DNA from: a virus
Taxonomy: Duplodnaviria; Heunggongvirae; Uroviricota; Caudoviricetes
Length of the DNA stretch: 14,391 nucleotides
Direction: 5' to 3' (one strand)
IMG/VR virus record: IMGVR_UViG_2675903650_000028
A program made the translations under genes and the position numbers. The notes below the pieces were generated by a model. The model saw only the letters and a list, made by a program, of their open reading frames with translations. It did no database searches and was not told where the DNA came from. How positions within the stretch are numbered: position 1 is the stretch's first letter; every line of letters begins with the position of its first letter. Of the stretch, positions 7,020 to 13,653 are shown piece by piece.

Positions 7020-7250
7020 ATGCTTAAAACTGACGCACTTTTGTATTTCGGTTCAAAAACAAAACTTGCACAAGCTGCTGGTATTCGTTTGGCTTCGCTT
7101 TATAGCTGGAAAGGGGAGCTAGTACCTGAAGGTCGCGCGATGCGCCTGCAAGAGGCATCCGGCGGGGAACTTCAGTACGACCCCAAAGTTTATGACGAAT
7201 ATCGTAAGGCAAAGCGGGCGGGGCGGTTGAACAATGAAAATCACCCCTGA
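7020..7250 (+). CDS. dicC: DicC (Cro-like regulator)
   Basis: 76-aa ORF divergent from dicA with AAGGTG SD 6 nt upstream. Length and position match DicC. Confidence 0.8.
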   Translation: MLKTDALLYFGSKTKLAQAAGIRLASLYSWKGELVPEGRAMRLQEASGGELQYDPKVYDEYRKAKRAGRLNNENHP

Positions 7251-7755
7251 ACAGGTTTGTGAGGCTCTGGATGCCTGGGTGTGCCGACCAGGAATGACAC
7301 AGGAGCAGGCGACGATATTAATCACGGAAGCATTCTGGGCTCTGAAAGAACGCCCGAACATCGATGTTCAACGCGTCACGTTTAATGATGGCGAGGTTGA
7401 TCAACGGGCGCTGGGCGTTAACCGGGTGAAGATATTCGAACGCTGGAAAGCTATCGACACCAGGGATAAGCGGAAAAAATTCACGGCGCTGATTCCGGCA
7501 ATTATGGAGGCTATCCGGATTAATGATTTCAGGTTGTATCGTGAAATTAGTGACGGAAAAAGCATCACGTACATGATCGCCGGGTTAAACAAAGAATATG
7601 GCGATGTGGTGGAGTCCGGGCTGCTTTTTGCAGATCCAGCTGTAGTGGATCGTGAAACTGACGAACTTATAGAAAAAGCCATTGCTTTCAAACTTGCGTA
7701 TCGACAGCAATACCAACAAAAAGCTGGATGGAATTATGAGTCTTCTTTTTGCTGA
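7234..7755 (+). CDS. YdaT-like protein (putative CII-position regulator or toxin family)
   Basis: 173-aa ORF overlapping the dicC 3' end by 17 nt, in the position occupied by ydaT/cII in lambdoid prophages. Weak pattern resemblance to YdaT (MKI..E...A..W...ALIPAI). Confidence 0.55.
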   Translation: MKITPEQVCEALDAWVCRPGMTQEQATILITEAFWALKERPNIDVQRVTFNDGEVDQRALGVNRVKIFERWKAIDTRDKRKKFTALIPAIMEAIRINDFRLYREISDGKSITYMIAGLNKEYGDVVESGLLFADPAVVDRETDELIEKAIAFKLAYRQQYQQKAGWNYESSFC

Positions 7756-8701
7756 ACGCCCACTGGTTATAAACACGCAGCTGGCAATGAAAATTGGCTT
7801 AAACGAAGCCATTGTTTTGCAACAACTGCACTACTGGTTGAGAGATACCAACTCCGGCATGGAATGTGATGGTGTTCGCTGGATTTATAACACAACGGAA
7901 CAATGGCTGGAACAGTTCCCGTTCTGGTCAGAGTCAACGTTAAAGCGCGCGTTTGCAAGTCTGAAAACGCTGGGGCTTATGCGTTGTGAAAAGCTCAATA
8001 AATCAAAGCGCGATATGACCAATTTCTACACGATCAACTACGGGAGCGAGCTTTTAGATGGTGGCAAAGTGAGCGAATCCATCGGTTCAAAATGCGCCGC
8101 TCCATCAGGTCAAAATGACACGATGGAAGAGGTCAAAATGAAACGCTCCATTGGTTCAAAACGGCTCAATGTCATCGGGTCAAAATGGCCTGATGATCTT
8201 ACAGAGAATACAACAGAGATTACTACAGAGAATAAAAACACTTCTCGTCCGGAAGCTTCGCAACCGGACCCGCAGACGGTTGAACAGGATTTTTTAACCC
8301 GACACCCTGACGCGGTTGTGTTCAGTGCAAAAAAACGCCAGTGGGGCAACCAGGAAGATTTGGCGTGTGCGCAGTGGATCTGGGGACGAATCGTGAGTCT
8401 TTACGAGCAGGCCGCCAGCGATGATGGCGAGATTTCGCGACCGAAAGAACCCAACTGGACCGCATGGGCCAACGACGTGCGCACAATGCGGATGCTGGAT
8501 GGCAGAACTCACAGACAAATTTGTGAAATGTTTGGTCGGGCGCAGCGGGATCCATTCTGGGTAAAAAATATCATGAGTCCGTCAAAGCTTCGCGGAAAAT
8601 GGGATGAACTGGTTATCCGCCTGGGGCGTTCGTCTGTACAGCGTTGTGTGAATCATATTTCTGAGCCGGATACCGAAATTCCGCCGGGGTTCAGGGGGTA
8701 A
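7736..8701 (+). CDS. Phage replication initiator (O-like, iteron-containing)
   Basis: ORF to 8701. Preferred start is ATG 7736, not the TTG at 7682 used by the track. Carries an internal iteron array at the DNA level and an (I)GSK repeat in the protein. Followed immediately by a DnaC-like gene. Confidence 0.75.
   Translation: MSLLFAERPLVINTQLAMKIGLNEAIVLQQLHYWLRDTNSGMECDGVRWIYNTTEQWLEQFPFWSESTLKRAFASLKTLGLMRCEKLNKSKRDMTNFYTINYGSELLDGGKVSESIGSKCAAPSGQNDTMEEVKMKRSIGSKRLNVIGSKWPDDLTENTTEITTENKNTSRPEASQPDPQTVEQDFLTRHPDAVVFSAKKRQWGNQEDLACAQWIWGRIVSLYEQAASDDGEISRPKEPNWTAWANDVRTMRMLDGRTHRQICEMFGRAQRDPFWVKNIMSPSKLRGKWDELVIRLGRSSVQRCVNHISEPDTEIPPGFRG
8084..8187. repeat. Origin-type iterons: five copies of GG(G)T(T)CAAAA(T/C)G at 22-24 bp spacing inside the O-like gene, followed by an A+T-rich stretch
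   Basis: Copies at 8084-8094, 8108-8117, 8131-8140, 8153-8163 and 8177-8187. Downstream, 8190-8250 is AT-rich with a repeated ACAGAGAATA. Confidence 0.7.
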
Positions 8702-8706
8702 CGGCC

Positions 8707-9453
8707 ATGAAAAATATCGCGGCAGGTGGTGTTCTTGAGCGTATCCGTAAGCTGACCCCGCAGCATGTAATCGCGCCGTACCGGACAGTGGATGAGTGGC
8801 GCGAGTGGCAACTGGCTGAAGGGCGAAAACGTAGCGAGGAGATCAACCGCCAGAATCGCCAGTTGCGGGTGGAAAAAATCCTGAATCGTTCGGGCATCCA
8901 GCCTCTGCACAGCAAATGCTCGTTTGCGAATTATCAGGTGCAGAACGACGGGCAAAAACATGCGCTGAGCCAGGCAAAATCCATCGCTGACGAACTGATG
9001 ACCGGGTGCACGAATTTTGTGTTCAGCGGTAAGCCGGGTACCGGAAAGAACCACCTTGCAGCCGCCATTGGCAATCATCTTCTGGCGAAAGGTCGCAGCG
9101 TGATTGTGATAACGGTGGCTGATGTGATGCTGGCGTTACACAACAGCTACGACAACAAAAACTCAGGCGAAAAATTTTTACAGGGGTTGTGTGATGTTGA
9201 CCTGCTTGTCCTGGATGAAATCGGAATGCAGCGGGATACGCGCAACGAGCAGGTCACACTGAACCAGATAGTCGACCGCAGAACGGCTTCGATTCGTAGT
9301 GTCGGAATGCTGACGAACCTGAACCACGTAGCGATGAGTACGCTTCTTGGCGAGCGTGTGATGGACCGCATGGTCATGAACGGTGGTCGCTGGGTGAATT
9401 TTAACTGGGAGAGCTGGCGTTCGAATGTCAGACACCTGAGGGTTGTGAAGTAA
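8707..9453 (+). CDS. DnaC-like helicase loader (IstB-like AAA+ ATPase)
   Basis: 248-aa ORF with Walker A GKPGTGKNHLAAAIG and Walker B DLLVLDEIG. AGGGGG SD. Directly follows the O-like gene. Confidence 0.88.
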   Translation: MKNIAAGGVLERIRKLTPQHVIAPYRTVDEWREWQLAEGRKRSEEINRQNRQLRVEKILNRSGIQPLHSKCSFANYQVQNDGQKHALSQAKSIADELMTGCTNFVFSGKPGTGKNHLAAAIGNHLLAKGRSVIVITVADVMLALHNSYDNKNSGEKFLQGLCDVDLLVLDEIGMQRDTRNEQVTLNQIVDRRTASIRSVGMLTNLNHVAMSTLLGERVMDRMVMNGGRWVNFNWESWRSNVRHLRVVK

Positions 9454-9467
9454 TTTCAGGAGGACTT

Positions 9468-9884
9468 ATGGTAAAAGTTTTTACTCCCGAACAACGGGAA
9501 GAAGTAAAGGCGCGTATTGTGGAACTGGTACGCAGAGATGGTAGGAAAACGCGTAAACAACTGGAAAATGAAACAGGGGCGACGAGACATCTGATTGAAG
9601 TTCTGGCGAAAGAACTGGTAGACAGTGGTGTTGTATATGGTTCAGGGCATGGAATATTCCCTTCTGAGCAGGTACGTAAAGACTGGATAAAAGCCCATAA
9701 AGAGATGTCTAAAGGTGCAGCGAAAAAGAAGAGCGACCCTGGCCTGATTTATTCATTACCAGATGGAGAGATACGCCACTACGACAGGCGTCAGAACATA
9801 ATCTGTCTCGAGTGCCGGAAAAGCAAGGTTATGCAGCGTGTGCTGGCGTTTTATCAGGGTAATTTTCAGGAGGTGATGGCGTGA
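9468..9884 (+). CDS. Hypothetical protein (138 aa) with putative N-terminal winged-helix region
   Basis: Strong AGGAGG SD. Stop overlaps the next start (GTGA). Confidence 0.65.
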   Translation: MVKVFTPEQREEVKARIVELVRRDGRKTRKQLENETGATRHLIEVLAKELVDSGVVYGSGHGIFPSEQVRKDWIKAHKEMSKGAAKKKSDPGLIYSLPDGEIRHYDRRQNIICLECRKSKVMQRVLAFYQGNFQEVMA

Positions 9885-10186
9885 GGGTGAGGGTTTATAT
9901 CGCCGGTCCAATGACGGGGTATGAAAATTTCAACCGTGAGGCGTTTCACAAGGCAGAAGAGGAACTGAAACGGGAAGGGCATACCGTTTTAAATCCGGCT
10001 GTGCTTCCGGATGGGCTGACACAGCCGCATTACATGGATATTTGCATGGCAATGATTCGTTGTGTGGATGCGATTTACATGCTGAAAGGCTGGCAGCGGT
10101 CAGCAGGCGCTAAGGCAGAACTGGCGCTGGCGGAGAAACTGGGGCATGCGGTGATTTTTCAGGAGACAGCCAGTGTGCAAGACTAA
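9881..10186 (+). CDS. DUF4406-like protein (nucleoside 2-deoxyribosyltransferase-like fold)
   Basis: 101-aa ORF, GTG start coupled to the upstream stop. YIAGPMTG motif near the N-terminus is typical of this family as I recall it. Confidence 0.6.
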   Translation: MRVRVYIAGPMTGYENFNREAFHKAEEELKREGHTVLNPAVLPDGLTQPHYMDICMAMIRCVDAIYMLKGWQRSAGAKAELALAEKLGHAVIFQETASVQD

Positions 10187-10628
10187 TTACCAGGCATTAC
10201 GTGAACGTTATTCACCAATTCAGGTGCCGGAATGTTCTGTTTGTGGCGATGAAATGTCGATACAGCGCATATTTTCCAGAGCGCATATTGTGTATGCCTG
10301 CACAGGTGAGGGGGATGATGGATATTTTAAAACTGGTCGAACTTTTGCGGATGAACATTACCTGAAATCGCGCGTAACCGTCGTTGATGTTAGCGATCCT
10401 GACGTACTGGCTTTACTGAAAGAGCTGGAAGTTAAAGACAAACGCATTGCAGAATTGACAGACGCGCTTACACAAATGATTAATGCGCACAAAACCACAA
10501 TTCGTTTTGGTCATGAACGCATAACTGAATGTGGTGGTGATTGCGACTCGCCGGAAAAGATGATTTCAGAAAATCCGGATATCAGAATGGCAGAGGCTGT
10601 TTTGAGAGCAGGAATAAAAACTGAATAA
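10173..10628 (+). CDS. Hypothetical protein (151 aa) with Cys clusters (CSVCGDE ... ECGGDC)
   Basis: GTG start with AGGAGA SD; overlaps the upstream gene by 14 nt. Confidence 0.6.
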   Translation: MCKTNYQALRERYSPIQVPECSVCGDEMSIQRIFSRAHIVYACTGEGDDGYFKTGRTFADEHYLKSRVTVVDVSDPDVLALLKELEVKDKRIAELTDALTQMINAHKTTIRFGHERITECGGDCDSPEKMISENPDIRMAEAVLRAGIKTE

Positions 10629-10718
10629 TTAAATTTAGCACAGCAAATAAAATTTAATCCTTAACCGGAGGGATTTCTGCACCCTCAGAACATCAGGAGG
10701 CCGCCTGAAAGGGCGGTA

Positions 10719-11141
10719 ATGAAAATGACTGAATTAACAAAAGAACAATTAATCGAAGAAGCCAAATTAAAAATAGCGATTACGAAATGCCACCCCAATT
10801 CAGGGATGGCGCGAGTAGAGGGCGAGTTATTCAAAATTGCACTGGCATCGCTGGAAGCAGAGCCGATAGCGTGGCGATATCGCTACGTGAAAAAAGGTGT
10901 TATGGACTCTCAGGGGGAGTTGTGGGTTGGTGACTGGAAATATGTACCGAAAAAAGAGGATTGTAACGACAGGCCGAACTATGAAATTCAGGCCTTATTC
11001 ACTGCCCCACCAGTCCCGGTTACATCAGAAGAACTGGTTAAAGCTGTGCACTTTTATGAACAACTAAAACGCGAAAATCCACCAGCATCCGGCAACCAGA
11101 TTAATGGGTTAACTATGCCGGTTAAACGACCAGCCGACTGA
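10719..11141 (+). CDS. Hypothetical protein (140 aa)
   Basis: ORF after a 90-bp structured intergenic gap; alternative start at ATG 10725. Confidence 0.6.
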   Translation: MKMTELTKEQLIEEAKLKIAITKCHPNSGMARVEGELFKIALASLEAEPIAWRYRYVKKGVMDSQGELWVGDWKYVPKKEDCNDRPNYEIQALFTAPPVPVTSEELVKAVHFYEQLKRENPPASGNQINGLTMPVKRPAD

Positions 11142-11352
11142 AAAACGGAAACCTGATTACAGATTCCCAGATAAGGCAATGAGCTACCTGGCGTAGAGTG
11201 GGCTGATAAGTATGGGGAATGTTTTACGATGAATACTTAGACTAAAGAGTTTGTAACGCTATGTAAGTGATTTTTTCTGGTTTAGATATTTATATGTCCG
11301 GCCAAATTGAGGTGTGTTTAAATGTAATTGCACATTGATTGTAGGGGGAATA

Positions 11353-11532
11353 ATGAAAAACGCATTGCAGTTTTTGTTTGTTGCGTTCTGGTTGTTCGCA
11401 TCATGTATGCCCATCATCTTCACAGCAAGGTATATGGAAAAAATTGATGTTTTGATATTAATGTTTGGACATATAAATGCCCTTTTTTTAGGGGTGTTCA
11501 TGGCGGTCACGTGCATTGAATACTGGCGGTAA
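11353..11532 (+). CDS. Small putative membrane protein (59 aa, two hydrophobic segments)
   Basis: Internal ATG 11353 preceded by AGGGGGA. Hydrophobic stretches ALQFLFVAFWLFASCMPIIF and IDVLILMFGHINALFLGVFMAVTCI. Sits in an AT-rich segment. Confidence 0.5.
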   Translation: MKNALQFLFVAFWLFASCMPIIFTARYMEKIDVLILMFGHINALFLGVFMAVTCIEYWR

Positions 11533-11587
11533 ATACAGCGAACGCTATTGGTTTAGTTGGATATTTACTGTGCCGGACAAAAACGGT

Positions 11588-11615
11588 TTGCAGGGAAATC
11601 TTAGTTAAGTAGAAT
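11588..11615 (+). promoter_or_regulatory. Putative hok mRNA promoter (TTGCAG-16 nt-TAGAAT)
   Basis: Read directly from sequence. Would start the transcript near 11622, giving a message of about 415 nt to the terminator at 12036. Confidence 0.45.
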
Positions 11616-11684
11616 GACTGTGGGTGCTTGAGGCTATCTGTCTCAGGCATGAACACCAAAAGGCAGATAGAGAAAAGCCCCAGT

Positions 11685-11743
11685 TAACATTACGCGTCCT
11701 GCAAGACGCTTAACATTAATCTGAGGCTCAATCCATGCTGAAC
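11685..11743 (-). ncRNA. Putative Sok-like antisense RNA (approximate)
   Basis: Minus-strand promoter-like TTGCCT-17 nt-TAACCT (plus coordinates 11778-11750). The transcript would be complementary to the SD and start of the upstream in-frame ORF (ATG 11735) and would contain hairpin GCGUC-UUGCAG-GACGC (11693-11708). About 60 nt. Confidence 0.3.
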
Positions 11744-11791
11744 ACATGTAGGTTAGCCTCTTACGTGCCGAAAGGCAAGGAGAAGCAGGCT

Positions 11792-11947
11792 ATGAAGCAG
11801 CAAAAGGCGATGTTAATCGCCCTTATCGTCATCTGTTTAACCGTCATAGTGACGGCACTGGTAACGAGGAAAGACCTCTGCGAGGTACGAATTCGAACCG
11901 GCCAGACGGAGGTCGCTGTCTTCACAGCTTACGAACCTGAGGAGTAA
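11792..11947 (+). CDS. hokD: Hok-family type I toxin (HokD/RelF-like)
   Basis: 51-aa product MKQQKAMLIALIVICLTVIVTALVTRKDLCEVRIRTGQTEVAVFTAYEPEE: Hok signature with one transmembrane helix and CEV.IRTGQTEVAVF. An in-frame upstream start at 11735 gives the 70-aa track ORF (mok-like; not resolved). Confidence 0.85.
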   Translation: MKQQKAMLIALIVICLTVIVTALVTRKDLCEVRIRTGQTEVAVFTAYEPEE

Positions 11948-12015
11948 GAGACCCAGCGGGGGAGAAATCCCTCGCCGCCTCTGATGTGTCAGGCATCCTC
12001 AACGCACCCGCACTT

Positions 12016-12036
12016 AACCCGCTTCGGCGGGTTTTT
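12016..12036 (+). terminator. Intrinsic terminator (AACCCGC-UUCG-GCGGGUU + U5) ending the hok transcript
   Basis: GC-rich stem with UUCG tetraloop and T-run, read from sequence. Confidence 0.8.
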
Positions 12037-12162
12037 CGTCGCATTATGAGGTTGTAATTTTAGCTACCATGAGACTATCCTAAGGATCTCAAACAGATCT
12101 ATTTTGTATCAAATTTGGTGCATGGCTTTGCCAATAATCGGAAAACAAAAGGACTCATTAGT

Positions 12163-12342
12163 ATGAGCTGCCCACTCAAAAAACACACGCGGTTGAGTAT
12201 TCCGCCTCGCGATAAAAGCGTTGTGGCAGTCCCTCGCCCAGTGATTGATGAAAACTGCGCACATCGTGAACAAGTGAAAAATGCTTTTGATTTCGGTTTT
12301 TCTCGTTATGAGAAAGCCATGGAAGAACTTTCAAAAGTGTAA
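12163..12342 (+). CDS. Small protein upstream of the Doc-family toxin (candidate antitoxin, unclassified)
   Basis: 59 codons from ATG 12163 with AAGGA SD 9 nt upstream; the track ORF starts at GTG 12115. Its stop lies 10-19 nt before the toxin start. No Phd/YefM-like motif recognised. Confidence 0.45.
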   Translation: MSCPLKKHTRLSIPPRDKSVVAVPRPVIDENCAHREQVKNAFDFGFSRYEKAMEELSKV

Positions 12343-12351
12343 TGATGGGTA

Positions 12352-12846
12352 TTGTACTCTATGGCTGAGATTGTTGAAGGAGTGCATTACCTTACGGTTG
12401 ATGATCTTGTTGAAATCAATCATTCCCTAATTGAATTACAGACGCCAGATGAGCCCGTTGGTGTTCTGAGTCCAGATAACTTAAGTTCTTCTCAGGCCCG
12501 TCCCAGCATGGTTCGATGGTATGAACAGACTAATGACATGTTTGTACTGGCATCGGTATTGATTGAAAGTCTGATTCAGAATCATCCGTTTGCTAATGCG
12601 AACAAACGAACAGCTATGATGGCTGGTTACGTCTTCTTGTTGTTGAATGGCTATGAGTTAACAGCACCAGGCGATGAAATCGTGGAAATGGCAGAGGGAC
12701 TGGCCTGCAAAACCTATACTCGAGAAGATCTCGAGAACTGGTTGTGTTATTGGTCTCGCGCGTATGACAGCCGGGAATTATGTAAAACAAGCGCAACTAT
12801 TGTTTTGTATGAAACTATCAAGCTTAAAATAGAACAGCAAAACTAA
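12352..12846 (+). CDS. Doc-family (Fic/Doc) toxin
   Basis: Motif HPFANANKRTA matches the Doc-type H-x-F-x-(D/N)-(A/G)-N-K-R signature. Start is ambiguous (TTG 12352 or ATG 12361) and has a weak SD. Confidence 0.7.
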   Translation: MYSMAEIVEGVHYLTVDDLVEINHSLIELQTPDEPVGVLSPDNLSSSQARPSMVRWYEQTNDMFVLASVLIESLIQNHPFANANKRTAMMAGYVFLLLNGYELTAPGDEIVEMAEGLACKTYTREDLENWLCYWSRAYDSRELCKTSATIVLYETIKLKIEQQN

Positions 12847-12860
12847 AGGTGCTTCCAATG

Positions 12861-12886
12861 AAAACCCGCTTCGGCGGGTTTTTTAT
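12861..12886 (+). terminator. Intrinsic terminator, second copy of the 20-nt hairpin found at 12016-12036
   Basis: AACCCGCTTCGGCGGGTTTT occurs identically at 12016-12035 and 12863-12882; here it is followed by a longer T-run. Confidence 0.8.
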
Positions 12887-12937
12887 TTTAATGGACTAAA
12901 TTTTAGCCAATTCTTCTATTTAACCGACCAGGGTTTG

Positions 12938-12965
12938 TTGATTAGCTGGTATGCCTGACTAGAAT
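12938..12965 (+). promoter_or_regulatory. Putative promoter (TTGATT-16 nt-TAGAAT) upstream of the rem-like gene
   Basis: Read directly from sequence. Confidence 0.35.
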
Positions 12966-13046
12966 CGATGCACTTAAGTAGCGCGCAGGGAGAAGAGGGA
13001 TGGACCCCAAACAGGGGAGTGCTATTTATCTGGAAGGATTCTGTTG

Positions 13047-13307
13047 ATGAAAATCAAAGAATTACGTGAAATTTTTAGTGAAGATGGCCTCTATACTGTG
13101 CGCGTTGAGAATGGCGCAATTGTCAGCCACTGCCGTATTAAATGTTTACAGTCTCAACAAAGGAAGAGTGGAGCTGCGTTAATTCATTTGGTGGATGGGC
13201 TTGTGACGGATGGTTTTATTTTGCGTGCAAATGAATTTGTCACATCGTTGCCGTCTCTGAAAGAAGCTGGGATTAAGGCTGGTTTTTCTGCTTTTGAAGA
13301 TGAGTGA
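13047..13307 (+). CDS. Hypothetical small protein (86 aa), Rem-like by position
   Basis: ATG 13047 with GGAAGGA SD (the track starts at TTG 13044). In Qin the gene after hokD is rem (83 aa); the sequence itself is not confidently recalled. Confidence 0.55.
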   Translation: MKIKELREIFSEDGLYTVRVENGAIVSHCRIKCLQSQQRKSGAALIHLVDGLVTDGFILRANEFVTSLPSLKEAGIKAGFSAFEDE

Positions 13308-13373
13308 ATTCATCTACAATTCAGCGCAGGGCTGAACCCCTGTTGAGTAACACTGTGCCACCGGAGAAAGCCG

Positions 13374-13652
13374 ATGGCGCAAAATTCCAGACTACACAAT
13401 TCTGATAATTCAGCCGCCTTTGCCAGCAGGCACGGGCGGCGCTCTCATGCATTCAAATATGACTGGTATCAGCACGATCCCTGCACCGAAGAACAGGCTG
13501 AATGGCTGATTCAGCGCTACCGCAGACACGGATACGAGATTAAGAAAGCCCTCAGCCTCGATTATCGTCTCTGGATAATCTACGTCAGACTCCCTTATTC
13601 CGAACGCCCACCGCGTCCGTCCCGCACATTCCAGCAACGCATCTGGAGGTAA
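13374..13652 (+). CDS. Hypothetical protein (92 aa)
   Basis: GGAGA SD 6 nt upstream. Stop TAA (13650-13652) lies 1 nt before the GTG of the next ORF. Confidence 0.5.
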   Translation: MAQNSRLHNSDNSAAFASRHGRRSHAFKYDWYQHDPCTEEQAEWLIQRYRRHGYEIKKALSLDYRLWIIYVRLPYSERPPRPSRTFQQRIWR

Positions 13653-13653
13653 C

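Noticed and set aside
7682-7735. TTG start at 7682 for the O-like gene
   Set aside because: An in-frame ATG at 7736 with upstream GGATGG gives a product starting MSLLFAERP and avoids a long overlap with the YdaT-like gene.
11259-11516. 85-aa minus-strand ORF in the AT-rich segment
   Set aside because: Antisense to the small membrane ORF, which has a strong SD and coherent hydrophobic segments. AT-rich DNA readily gives chance ORFs.
11735-11791. In-frame upstream extension of hok as a separate mok gene
   Set aside because: Only an in-frame upstream ATG was found. I could not establish a distinct mok frame from sequence alone, so it is noted within the hok feature.
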